64,000 nt of DNA from Planctomycetota bacterium (GTDB lineage Bacteria; Planctomycetota; UBA8108; SXIK01): assembly GCA_965223265.1 (NCBI GenBank), contig OZ244999.1, positions 3,072,001-3,136,000 of the forward strand. The letters are read 5' to 3'. A model generated the notes under the pieces. The model made no database searches, was not told the origin of the DNA, and worked only from the letters and a program-made list of their open reading frames with translations. The stretch's first letter is position 1; each line of letters starts with the position of its first letter. The translations under genes were made by a program, and so were the position numbers. Positions 38,521-48,230 of this stretch are shown piece after piece.

Positions 38521-40176
38521 ATGTCGCCCACTTGGATCACCGTCGGAGTCCTACTCGCAGGGGTTATCACGGTTGTCGGAGGCGTGCTCCTCCTGCGCCT
38601 GCATGCGTTCTTGGCGTTGATTTTTGGTGCGCTCGTGGTGGGCGCGTTGACGCCAACGGACATCCGTGAGCGCGTCGCCTTGGAGCGCGCCGCAGTCGAG
38701 ATCAAAAGCGTCGACGCTCTCAGCGGAGTCGTCGAGCTGCAGGCCGATGCGACCGTGGGGGAGTCTTTCGTCGTCCTGCGGCAGGACTCGGGCGGCAGGT
38801 TTGAGTCCGTTGGATCGGTGGTTGTCGACGCGATTTCGCCTGGTGCGGCCCGCGGTCGCTTTGTTGCGCTCACCGCGGGCGCTGCGCCATCTTCCTCGGA
38901 TCTCATCCTCAGAGCTGGGTCGGAGCCGCAAGCCAGGCGCACGGCACGCCAGAGTGTCGGCGAACGGGTGGCCCGTGGATTCGGTGACACTTGTGCCAAG
39001 ATCGGCATCTTGATTGCGATGGCCGCCATCATCGGCAAGTGCCTGCTCGAGAGCGGTGCCGCCGATCGCATCGTCCGTGCCGGATTGTCGATTTGCGGCG
39101 AGCGAGGCGCGCCCTTGGCTTTTCTCTTCAGCGGATTCTTACTCGGGATTCCAGTCTTTTTCGATACGGTCTTCTACCTCATGGTGCCGCTTGGCAAAGC
39201 TCTGTACATGCGCACCAAGAAGCACTACTTGCTGTATGTCTTGACGATCGTTGCTGGCGCCACCATGGCTCATTCACTCGTGCCGCCAACACCGGGACCT
39301 CTCTTCGTCGCCGAACAGCTCGGGGTCGACCTTGGTGCGATGATTCTCGGCGGCTGCATCGTCGGCCTGTGTGCCGCCGGCGCGGGGTGTGTTTTTTGCT
39401 TCTTCATGGATCGTCGTCATGAACTACCTCTGCGAGAGACGGGGGACGCGTCGCTCGAACAACTCGAAGCGTTAACCCAGCGCGACACACGTGATTTGCC
39501 GGGGTTCGCGATCTCGGTCACCCCGATCGTTCTCCCGGTGGTGCTCATCACGGCGGCGACGCTACTGAAAAATGTTGGCGACGGGGTACCCGCGAGTCTC
39601 AAGGCGTTCGTCACGACAATGGGGAATAAGAACATGGCTCTCACTGCCGCCGCGGTGATCGCCATGATCACTTTGGTCGTTCAGACTCGTTCGAAACTGC
39701 AGCAACTTGCGGCTTCGGTGCAGTCGGCGCTGGCGAGCGGAGGCACGATCATCCTCATCACTGCCGGTGGTGGGGCGTTTGGTGGCATGCTCCGCGACAC
39801 GGGCATCACAACCCTCATCAACGACCTGCCGCAGGTGTCACCGCAGGTGACTCTCATTCTCGCCTTTCTCGTCACCACGGCGATTCGAACCGCGCAGGGA
39901 TCCGCGACCGTGGCGATGATCACGTCTGTCGCGATCCTCTCCGGTTTGGCGACAGATGGTGAACTCGGCTTCCATCCCGTATACCTTGCGCTGGCAATTG
40001 GCTGCGGTTCGAAACCGATCGCGTGGATGAACGACAGCGGTTTCTGGGTGATCGGAAAAATGAGCGGCATGACCGAGATCGAGACACTCAAGTACGTCAC
40101 ACCTCTCAGCGTCATCATGGGGATCTCTGGGCTGGCGGTCGTGCTCGTTGCTGTGACGATCCTGCCACTCGCTTGA
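38521..40176 (+). CDS. GntP-family (gluconate/sugar-acid) permease with an inserted soluble domain
   Basis: LHAFLAL, GIPVFFD, HSLVPPTPGP, AQGSATVA and MNDSGFW motifs. Confidence 0.92.
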   Translation: MSPTWITVGVLLAGVITVVGGVLLLRLHAFLALIFGALVVGALTPTDIRERVALERAAVEIKSVDALSGVVELQADATVGESFVVLRQDSGGRFESVGSVVVDAISPGAARGRFVALTAGAAPSSSDLILRAGSEPQARRTARQSVGERVARGFGDTCAKIGILIAMAAIIGKCLLESGAADRIVRAGLSICGERGAPLAFLFSGFLLGIPVFFDTVFYLMVPLGKALYMRTKKHYLLYVLTIVAGATMAHSLVPPTPGPLFVAEQLGVDLGAMILGGCIVGLCAAGAGCVFCFFMDRRHELPLRETGDASLEQLEALTQRDTRDLPGFAISVTPIVLPVVLITAATLLKNVGDGVPASLKAFVTTMGNKNMALTAAAVIAMITLVVQTRSKLQQLAASVQSALASGGTIILITAGGGAFGGMLRDTGITTLINDLPQVSPQVTLILAFLVTTAIRTAQGSATVAMITSVAILSGLATDGELGFHPVYLALAIGCGSKPIAWMNDSGFWVIGKMSGMTEIETLKYVTPLSVIMGISGLAVVLVAVTILPLA

Positions 40177-40338
40177 GTCCGACTTGTCCGGATGTGGATG
40201 TGAGTTTTGGGAACATGATGATCTGCGCTGAGTGGTGTGGACGCACAGTTCAGCCGGGACGGTGTCTATATATCCACTTGTCGTCGGGTCATCGGACATA
40301 TACAACGGTGGGAATGAAGTTTGCGAGGATTCAATGCC

Positions 40339-41400
40339 ATGGCTAACGACACTGTCCGACTCGGCTTCATTGGTGCGGGGGCGATCTGTCGGGATCGACA
40401 CCTCCCGAACCTGCAAGGCATGTCCGGTGTCGAGTTTGCGTGCGTTTGCAATCGGTCGGAGGGTAGCGGACGCCGTGTCGCCGAAAAGTGGGGCTTCGCT
40501 GAAGTCGAAACCGACTGGCGCCGACTCGTCTCGCGGGAAGACATCGACGCGGTGTTCATCGGCACGTGGCCATACATGCACCAGGAGATGTCGCGCGCGA
40601 TTCTTGAGGCCGGAAAGCACGTTTTTTGTCAGGCTCGCATGTGCATGAACTGGCATGAGACGCTCGACATGTGCGCTGCGGCAAAGGAACACTCCGGGCT
40701 CGTTCACATGATCTGTCCACCGCCGCAGCGACTGCCATGGGAGAGGCTCATTCGTCGGCTTGTCGGCTCGGACGAGTTCGGCGAGCTCGTCGACGTCCGC
40801 CTCGAGTGCATCAATGGATCGAACCTCAAGCGCGACGCCGTCACCTGGCGCGAGCGCCTCGACTTGAGCGGTATCCAAGTTATGCAGGTCGGAATTTACG
40901 CTGAGACGCTCAACGCTTGGGTAGGAGACTACGCGCACCTCGCGGCGGTCACCTCGACACCGATCGCTTCGAAGAAGGGTGACGATGGCAAGCCGTACGC
41001 CATTGGGATCCCGCAGATCGTGACGGTGCAAGGTGTGCTGCAAAACGGTGCGACAGTCACTGAACACCACTCAGGTGTCGCGGTCGGATTCTCTCGCGCT
41101 GAAGTGACACTTTTTGGGTCGAAGGGGACGCTTCACCTTGATGTTGACACCGGGGCGCTGTCGCTTGCGACCTCGGGGAAAGAGTTGAAACCGTTTCAGC
41201 CTGCGGCCGATCAACTCGATGGCTGGCGCGTTGAAGAGGACTTCATTGCAGCGGTGCGTGCGGCACGCCAAGGCAGTAGTTGGCAGGTGTCACCTGATTA
41301 CTTCGAGGGCGCCCGGTACATGCGGAAGATGCAGGCGATCCACGACTCCGCGACAAGTGGCCAAACGATCGATCTTGACGCAGTCTTCCCGCTGCCATGA
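40339..41400 (+). CDS. Gfo/Idh/MocA-family oxidoreductase
   Basis: GFIGAGAI, DAVFIGTWPYMH and GKHVFCQARM (EKP variant) motifs. Confidence 0.88.
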   Translation: MANDTVRLGFIGAGAICRDRHLPNLQGMSGVEFACVCNRSEGSGRRVAEKWGFAEVETDWRRLVSREDIDAVFIGTWPYMHQEMSRAILEAGKHVFCQARMCMNWHETLDMCAAAKEHSGLVHMICPPPQRLPWERLIRRLVGSDEFGELVDVRLECINGSNLKRDAVTWRERLDLSGIQVMQVGIYAETLNAWVGDYAHLAAVTSTPIASKKGDDGKPYAIGIPQIVTVQGVLQNGATVTEHHSGVAVGFSRAEVTLFGSKGTLHLDVDTGALSLATSGKELKPFQPAADQLDGWRVEEDFIAAVRAARQGSSWQVSPDYFEGARYMRKMQAIHDSATSGQTIDLDAVFPLP

Positions 41401-41437
41401 CGATTTGATTGTCGGTTGCGAGGCGCCGGCGGGACAC

Positions 41438-42157
41438 TCACGCCTCGCTGGGAAACGGATTGGTTCCCCAGATGTCCATGTCACGAAAGAGCGTGCGGCC
41501 CGGCAGGCGACATAAGTGGACAATGGTGTCGGCGACGTCGCACGCGTGAAGGTGGAGCCCAGGACCATGTTCTGGCCCCGAGTCATCACCGGTGTTGATA
41601 CTGCTCGGATTGAGGATCATGACTCGGATGTTGCTGCGGCGAACTTCCTTCAACAGCGATTGCGAAAATCCTTGTAGGCCAAACTTGCTTGCCGAGTAGG
41701 CGGCCGATCCAGGGTCGCCGCTCTTGCCGCTCATCGAGCTGATCATGAAAATGTCGCCGCGGCCACGACGGCGCATTCCCGGCAGAAACGCGCGCGTCGT
41801 CAAGTAAACGCCAGTCAAGTTCGTGCCGATGACCTCGTTCCACAGATCGAGCTCGAGGTCGTCGACCGGGGCGAAGCGCATCGCCGCGGCATTGTTGACT
41901 AGGATATCGAGCTCGCCGAGCTCGTCCGTCACCCGCTTTGCCATCGATTCAATCGCAGCCGGATCGTTTTGATCGCAAACGAACGCATAGCATCGCGGGC
42001 CGACGCTCGCAGCTGCCGCTGACAACGCGGCGCTGCTTCGAGAGGTGATCGCGACAATCGCACCCGCTTCGTGCAGAGCGCGGGCTGTGTGGAGGCCTAG
42101 CCCGCGGCCCCCTCCGGTGACGAGGGCGACTTTGTTGTCGATCGTTTCAAGTGTCAT
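41438..42157 (-). CDS. Short-chain dehydrogenase/reductase
   Basis: TGGGRGLG, NNAA and YSASK motifs. Confidence 0.92.
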   Translation of the reverse strand: MTLETIDNKVALVTGGGRGLGLHTARALHEAGAIVAITSRSSAALSAAAASVGPRCYAFVCDQNDPAAIESMAKRVTDELGELDILVNNAAAMRFAPVDDLELDLWNEVIGTNLTGVYLTTRAFLPGMRRRGRGDIFMISSMSGKSGDPGSAAYSASKFGLQGFSQSLLKEVRRSNIRVMILNPSSINTGDDSGPEHGPGLHLHACDVADTIVHLCRLPGRTLFRDMDIWGTNPFPSEA

Positions 42158-42198
42158 TGTCGAGTCAGCTGGGTGTGTTCAGGGTTGGTGTGCCACGG

Positions 42199-43515
42199 TC
42201 ACGCGACAGGTTGATACTGCACCGTTCGCAGGTGCGGGGTTTGGATACGTTCGCCGCCGCGATGGTGCGACTCCAGAAGCGCATCCAGCATACCGGTGAC
42301 CAGTAGCGTCCGCTCGACCGGATAGCTTGGTTTGCCGGTCAGGTACATTTTTTCGATGTGGTTGCTCAAGAAGCTGAAGTGGTCGCGTTGAGGCTTGGGC
42401 AGATAGAACCAGGTGGCGGCGGGACTCTGCACCCCCCTGACCTGAGCCGCTAGGGCGAATTCCGAAACAAAGCCGCGCGATAGGTACGCCGTCGCTTTGA
42501 GTCCGTCGACATACTCGATCAAAAACAGGGTGGCGCGCGGATCGCCGCGGACGGCAGGGACGGGACGCTTTCCGGGAATCGTGGCCATAGCAGGCTCGAC
42601 CAGGTGGCCGTTCCAAGCGCCACTTCGAAGAACTTCCCACGCCTTTTCGCCTTCGAGACAGCGTACCGCGCTCACGCCTGTCTCGCCGCCGCGCCGCTTT
42701 TCCGCGAACGTCTGCAGACATTCCAAAGTGTGAAAACCGTAACTTTCAATGCCCGCGTATCCCACCGCGAGTAGGCCCTCGATCGGAGTTCCAGGGCGCA
42801 GCTCGAGAGCGGGGCGACGCCATGTGACTGGGACACTCGATCCGGCCATAAGCGCGAAATCGAGCTCGCGGGATTGACCGTACATCCAAGCGGCGTTCTC
42901 CCACGAGTACGACAGATGTTTGTCGTTGAAGACCGGAACGCTGCGACCGCTGGCCCGATAGACGTCAACGATCTCTTCGTACAAACGACGACGCGGGTAG
43001 AGGTGTTGACCCTTGTCATTGTGTGGATAGTTTCCGTGTTCGCCGATCAGGAGCACGCCGTCGACCGCGAGTTCCTTCTCGCCCAGCGTCAGAGCTTCGT
43101 GGGGCGTCTTCACAAGCGGAATTCCATAGCGTGCCGCCATGCCGCGCCCGATGTCGCTCGGCGGAAACTGTTCCACGTAAAGGCTGACGACATCGCAATG
43201 CGGATTGTGAATGCGACCGACGACGCCGTAGCCCTCGATGAACTTCGTGATGATGTCGTCGGCGTGCGAGTACTTGAAATAAGCCGTGGTGATCGCGGCG
43301 ATACGCTTCTTCGGGCCGTGTGCCGGGACGGCGTCAGTGGGCAGGTAGACGTCGGGTTCGGGGAGCGGCTGGCTCTGGGTGATCCACTGCTGTTCCCGGG
43401 CCGCCGCGTCGAGCGAGGGGCGCTGTCGAAGGAACGAGCCACCCAGGTGTGTGGTCCAGATTCCGGTGGCGGCCAGAGAAAGGAAGCGGCGACGTCGAAT
43501 GAGGCGTTGGGTCAT
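42199..43515 (-). CDS. TAT-exported Gfo/Idh/MocA-like protein of unknown function
   Basis: RRRFL signal; VDGVLLIGEHG, FNDKHL, MAGSS and YGFH motifs. Confidence 0.72.
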   Translation of the reverse strand: MTQRLIRRRRFLSLAATGIWTTHLGGSFLRQRPSLDAAAREQQWITQSQPLPEPDVYLPTDAVPAHGPKKRIAAITTAYFKYSHADDIITKFIEGYGVVGRIHNPHCDVVSLYVEQFPPSDIGRGMAARYGIPLVKTPHEALTLGEKELAVDGVLLIGEHGNYPHNDKGQHLYPRRRLYEEIVDVYRASGRSVPVFNDKHLSYSWENAAWMYGQSRELDFALMAGSSVPVTWRRPALELRPGTPIEGLLAVGYAGIESYGFHTLECLQTFAEKRRGGETGVSAVRCLEGEKAWEVLRSGAWNGHLVEPAMATIPGKRPVPAVRGDPRATLFLIEYVDGLKATAYLSRGFVSEFALAAQVRGVQSPAATWFYLPKPQRDHFSFLSNHIEKMYLTGKPSYPVERTLLVTGMLDALLESHHRGGERIQTPHLRTVQYQPVA

Positions 43516-43572
43516 GGCGTGTCTCTCCTTGACCTTCAACCTACTCGCCGCTGCGCGCGATGTCTGCCTCGA

Positions 43573-44025
43573 TTATCTGGTCGGCACGATCTGTGCCGGT
43601 TCGCTGGGTGAGGCCTCGACCGTTTCGACGTTGGTCCCGAGCCCCGCGTAGAGGATGCCTCTCTCCGCGACCGCACTACGGTAGATGTCGTAAACGTCTG
43701 GAAACCGATCTTCGAGTTCCACGAGCGACAGTTCTGCAGCCATCACCTTGCCGTCAACGTCTCTGACGCTGAAGAGAGGTCCGACTGGCGACGTCGTCAC
43801 GGTCACCGTCGCATTTTTTGATCGTAAACTGACGATCGTCTTGCCGACAATGACAGCCTCACCGGCCGCAGTCTCGCTGTGCGCTTTCGTCGCCACGCCA
43901 GCGCTGGAGTCTCGACGGAGCGTGTTCGAACTCTCGGTACTTTCGGCTGCCGTTGACTCATCTGAGGAAGTCGTCGCGCAGCCGTAAGCAAACCAAACGC
44001 AGCTGAGAAAGATCCATCGTTGCAT
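43573..44025 (-). CDS. Hypothetical lipoprotein
   Basis: Signal ending AYGC, Ser/Thr-rich linker, small globular domain; GAGG RBS. Confidence 0.65.
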   Translation of the reverse strand: MQRWIFLSCVWFAYGCATTSSDESTAAESTESSNTLRRDSSAGVATKAHSETAAGEAVIVGKTIVSLRSKNATVTVTTSPVGPLFSVRDVDGKVMAAELSLVELEDRFPDVYDIYRSAVAERGILYAGLGTNVETVEASPSEPAQIVPTR

Positions 44026-44228
44026 GGCGAAACCTCTCATCGACGATTCGGTTCATCGAAGATTCCGGCCGTGGTTTGCCCTCCCTCCTGCCCGGTCAGG
44101 CGACCCGGAGCCGACTTCCCGGATATGATGGAGACGGATTCCTGGGTTGCCACTTTTTTTCGTGTGAACGACTCGACCTACGTTGTCGCTGCGCGACTGG
44201 GGGAGGTGCGTGTTCGACCGCGCTTGGA

Positions 44229-45227
44229 TCAAGCTGGCGTTGGCGCAGTATCCCGCGTTGGCAGAGCGACTTCAGCGGCGGGACGGGCCCAGGTCGTAGT
44301 TGGCGGATAGCGTTCGAGAACCTCCCCCATGGGAGCGAACGCGAAGCGCTCCAGCAGCGTCTCGAGGCGTCGCTCCATGCCCTTGAGCCCGGTGTAGTGC
44401 CGCAAGCGTGATTTGAGGTGAGCAGCTAACCGAGGTTGTTCTGGATCGATTTCCCACGGGTGGATGTAGACGGTGCCAGGTCGACGATCCTTGACTTCGA
44501 GCTGTCGTAGAGCCCAGAGCGAGTACCACTGCGGGAAGATGCGCAAGTATCCGCCACCAGGACCCGGAAAATTCATTCCGAATGCCGTTGCCGTGCACGG
44601 CGGGAACTCGATGATCGAGGCGGGGGGAGTCACGTCACCCGAGTCGGCAGCAGACGATTCGGTCTGCTCGCGCCCACGTCCACCGAGGTCGACGCGGACG
44701 GGAAAGCGGGGAAAGTCGACGTATCCATAGACGTCATGCCGAATCGGGAAGATGCTTGAGTCGTACGCATAGCCTTCCGACGCGAGAACCTCGAGCGCCC
44801 ACAGAGATCGTTTCGTGATCGAGTAGCTTGGCGCGCGGTAGCCGCGCACCTTAACGCCGGCTGCGTCTTCGAGTCTGTTTGTCGCTTCGCGCGTGTCCCG
44901 ACGAAATTCATCGGGGTCGAGTTCGTACACAAGTCGGTGGAGCTGACTGTGGCAGCCGAGCTCATGTCCGCGTTTGACGATTTCCGCAACCACGAGCGGG
45001 CACTTTTTCGCCACCCAGCCGAGTGTAAAGAACGTCGCTCGCACACCGAAACGGTCGAAGAGATCGAGTAATCGATAGGTGTTGTCGGCAACGCGGATCG
45101 GAAATCGGTGCCAACGTTCGTGTCCGACGTAACGACGGAACGCCTCGACTTGGAAGTAGTCTTCGACGTCGACCGTTAGGGCATGAGTGATGCGGCTGTT
45201 TTGAGGTGTCTCACGTGGCGGGTTCAC
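44229..45227 (-). CDS. Polysaccharide deacetylase, DUF3473 (PEP-CTERM/XrtA-locus type)
   Basis: TVDVEDYF, GHELGCHS..H, GYRAPSYS, GGGYLR and YIHPWEIDP motifs. Confidence 0.9.
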   Translation of the reverse strand: MNPPRETPQNSRITHALTVDVEDYFQVEAFRRYVGHERWHRFPIRVADNTYRLLDLFDRFGVRATFFTLGWVAKKCPLVVAEIVKRGHELGCHSQLHRLVYELDPDEFRRDTREATNRLEDAAGVKVRGYRAPSYSITKRSLWALEVLASEGYAYDSSIFPIRHDVYGYVDFPRFPVRVDLGGRGREQTESSAADSGDVTPPASIIEFPPCTATAFGMNFPGPGGGYLRIFPQWYSLWALRQLEVKDRRPGTVYIHPWEIDPEQPRLAAHLKSRLRHYTGLKGMERRLETLLERFAFAPMGEVLERYPPTTTWARPAAEVALPTRDTAPTPA

Positions 45228-45274
45228 TCACGCGTCTTCGGCGTTCGGGCGTGCTGACCTGCAGTCACGGCCGC

Positions 45275-45344
45275 GCCTGCGACTATCGGCCTGCGACTAT
45301 CGGCCCGTGGCTGTCGGCCTGTGACTATCGGCCTGTGACTATCG
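45275..45344. repeat. 14-bp tandem repeat GCCTGYGACTATCG x5 (one degenerate copy)
   Basis: Directly visible; the last copy contains the stop codon of the BatE-like gene. Confidence 0.9.
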
Positions 45345-46259
45345 GAGCCTGCGGGGAATCACCCAGTCGACCGCTCGCGCCGGGATCCAAGACGTCGTGC
45401 CATCGAGGAGTCGCACGTGAACCCAGTCTGCGCTACCCTGCTCCGTCCCCCCAGCCACCGAGCTCACTTCCGTACCGGGAGGGAACGGACGCGAGTGCGA
45501 TGCCGAATAGGTCTCACCGTCACCACGTTTCCCCTCGATCTCGACTTGGATGACGCCGTCTTCTGCGAGCGGCGGTTTTGCGGCATCGACACCGATCGAT
45601 CCGGCGAGAACGAGGGCCACAACGAGCAGCGCGATGCCGGCGGCGAAAAAAAATCGCCGTCGCCACTGAGCGACCGCAAGGAGGGCGAACGCCAGAGGGA
45701 AGATCACGGTGAAGATGGAGAGGCGTAGAGAGAACGTCAGACCGTAGTGCCAAAAGAAAAGCGTTTCTACCAGCGAGTCGGACGCTGAGACCTGTCGGGT
45801 GATCGGCATGGTCAGCCGAAGGTGATCGAGGCTGCCTCGGGCGCGCTCGTTGCTTGGGTCGACCGCGAGGGCGCGACGGTAGAAGAGCACCGCCTTGCCG
45901 GCCTCATCAGCGAAGGCATAGCTGTTGGCGGCGTTCGTGGCGACTTGAGTCGACGTCACACCCTGGTCCCAGCAAGCTGCGAAGAGGTCGCCGGCGGCGC
46001 GGTACTTCGAGCGGGTCTCACCGCCTTGCGATGGATGATTCTCTTGAAACTCCCGTGCGGCGCTGAATGCCTCGTGAGCACGCTTGAAAGTGTCGCCAGC
46101 GCTGGGGGGCGTCGCAGCGACATCTGCCGGAATCGATGCGGAGTCGGCGAGAGCTAGGTCTGCACTCGTCATGATGGCGGTGCTCGCGACGGTCACGGCG
46201 CATACAACGCTGCGGGCTGCAGACCACACCCAAGTTGAAAGAGGTTGTCGGACGTCCAA
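45339..46259 (-). CDS. BatE-like protein (TPR, two TM helices, SH3-like C-terminus)
   Basis: NAANSY...GKAVLFYRRAL TPR; TM pair; WVHVRL.DG..SWIP; last gene of the Bat operon. Confidence 0.78.
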   Translation of the reverse strand: MDVRQPLSTWVWSAARSVVCAVTVASTAIMTSADLALADSASIPADVAATPPSAGDTFKRAHEAFSAAREFQENHPSQGGETRSKYRAAGDLFAACWDQGVTSTQVATNAANSYAFADEAGKAVLFYRRALAVDPSNERARGSLDHLRLTMPITRQVSASDSLVETLFFWHYGLTFSLRLSIFTVIFPLAFALLAVAQWRRRFFFAAGIALLVVALVLAGSIGVDAAKPPLAEDGVIQVEIEGKRGDGETYSASHSRPFPPGTEVSSVAGGTEQGSADWVHVRLLDGTTSWIPARAVDWVIPRRLR

Positions 46260-46278
46260 GTGAAGGATCTCGGCTCCT

Positions 46279-48216
46279 CTATTTGAGCAGTGGGTTCAGT
46301 CGCTTGAGGACGTCTCGAGCCCGGTCGACAGGAACATCTCGCGAGCCGCCGCCGAACCTTCCGGATAGAAATGACTCCAGCACCTGGAGCGCTTCGTCGG
46401 CGAGCTCGGAGGAGACGCCGTGCTCTTCGAGAGTCGACTTCAGCTCGCCCGGGGTTAGCTCGCCGCGCGCAACGCCGGCACGCTCCGAGAAGTAATCCCG
46501 GAATGCCGTCGCGGCGTCGTCGAGCTCGGCATCGTCGCTGAGTCGTCCGAGCGCGCGCGACAGGGCTCTGTCCTTCAGTGTCGTCTCCGGTGCGCGCTGT
46601 TGGCGTCGTCGGATGATTACAGCAGCAGCGAAAAGCAGCGGCGGGACCACTAACACCGCGGAGATCCGTCGGCTCAAAACGGCTCGCGTCGGTTCAAACG
46701 AGGATTGCGCTTGGCCAATGGTGGCGAAGTTGGCGGCGATGCCAGTGCGCGTTCCGATCGACTCGACATCGTTCGGCCGCCGGATCGAAGTCGCTGTCGA
46801 GGCGTTTTGCCGTTCGCTGACGATGGCGTCATTCGCACTGACCGTCTTCACTTCCCGGACGGTGATAGGGATCGGTTGCGACCGAAAAATTTCGTAGCGC
46901 CTCGACTTCGAATCGTACGACGGAAAGGCGATCGGCGGAATCGCTTTGACGTGTTTACCTTGTGGCCGCAGTCGGAGGCGAAACGTTTTTGTCTTGCCAC
47001 CGACGACGCCCGGATCCATGTCACCGGAGACGTCGAAGTCTTTCGTCAATGTGTCGTCTCTTGCCCAGAGAGGCTGCGAGAGGTTCTCCAGAAGCGCCTG
47101 TGTTGCTTCTGTGCCCCAGCCGTTTTGGCTTGTGACGCGTACCTGCAGCGTCAGAGGCGCGAAGGCGTCCACCTCGGTCGTTGGCGTCTCTACCTCGACG
47201 CTATACTTACCTACGGCGCCGTTGTAGGTCGGTGGTTGGCCGTGGCGCGGCGGTTCTTCGACCCGATAGATGACGGAGCCGATCTGGGCGCGGAAGTCTT
47301 TGAAAACAGGCACTTCGACGACGCGGCCCTGGAGACCGAAGGCGCGGTTTCGGCGTCTCTTTTCAACCCCCGTCGCCAGCGCAAGGCCGGCCGTCGCCTG
47401 CCCGCATTCAATCGAGCCGACCTGAAGAGGGACGACATCGAACGCGAACGAGAGAGTCCTGAAGCCTTCGCCTTGGTCGTTGGTCTCAAAGTCCTCGACG
47501 ATATGGAGCGCGGTCTTCTCGAGTTTCACCTGTGTCGAGTCTCGGCGGAGTGCGGCGGGAAAGAGCAGCACACCGCTCTGCTGGATCAGCGGTATCTCCA
47601 GTGCTGTGAGTCCGAAGGCGGAGCGGCGATCGAAGAAGCTGTCAGAGCCGAATTCATCGTTGCGGGCGCCGCTGTAAGAAATCGTGTACTTGACGCGAAA
47701 CGGTTCTGCGACACCGCCGCTTGGATTCTGCAGGTCGACGCGAAACCGCACATTGAGAGGCGGTCGTCGGTAGACCTCCAGTGTCAACGCGTCTTGGGAT
47801 TTGATCGTCCTGGTGCCGACCGTGCCTGTGATCGGTCCGACCTGGAAGGTCTGCCGCTGAGCGGCCAGCGGCTTGAGGAGGTACGTCATCGAGATCGAGA
47901 AACGTCCGTTGGTCCAGCGCTGCGTTGGTCGAAACGGGCCGTTGACCGCCAGCCCCCGGATCTCCGGAACGTCGGGCGTGACCTGCGCTGCGTTCTGTCC
48001 GGAGATGTATACCTCGAGCTGGATTTCTTCGTCCGCATACGCCTGCGTCTTCGACAGTGCCGCACGGAGCGTTTGCGCCTCGACGACTTCAATGTTGCTG
48101 AGCAGCACCAGGCACCCGACCAGGCTGAAAGCGAAGAGGCGGGTAGCATGCGGTTGATGCAGGAGACGATCGATGGACGTTTGTCGACGCCGCAGACCCT
48201 CGTGCTCTGGTTGCAT
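46279..48216 (-). CDS. batD: BatD-family protein
   Basis: Signal peptide, beta-rich repeats, YNGAVGKY motif, C-terminal TM; Bat operon context. Confidence 0.78.
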   Translation of the reverse strand: MQPEHEGLRRRQTSIDRLLHQPHATRLFAFSLVGCLVLLSNIEVVEAQTLRAALSKTQAYADEEIQLEVYISGQNAAQVTPDVPEIRGLAVNGPFRPTQRWTNGRFSISMTYLLKPLAAQRQTFQVGPITGTVGTRTIKSQDALTLEVYRRPPLNVRFRVDLQNPSGGVAEPFRVKYTISYSGARNDEFGSDSFFDRRSAFGLTALEIPLIQQSGVLLFPAALRRDSTQVKLEKTALHIVEDFETNDQGEGFRTLSFAFDVVPLQVGSIECGQATAGLALATGVEKRRRNRAFGLQGRVVEVPVFKDFRAQIGSVIYRVEEPPRHGQPPTYNGAVGKYSVEVETPTTEVDAFAPLTLQVRVTSQNGWGTEATQALLENLSQPLWARDDTLTKDFDVSGDMDPGVVGGKTKTFRLRLRPQGKHVKAIPPIAFPSYDSKSRRYEIFRSQPIPITVREVKTVSANDAIVSERQNASTATSIRRPNDVESIGTRTGIAANFATIGQAQSSFEPTRAVLSRRISAVLVVPPLLFAAAVIIRRRQQRAPETTLKDRALSRALGRLSDDAELDDAATAFRDYFSERAGVARGELTPGELKSTLEEHGVSSELADEALQVLESFLSGRFGGGSRDVPVDRARDVLKRLNPLLK

Positions 48217-48230
48217 GTTCTCTTCCTCTC

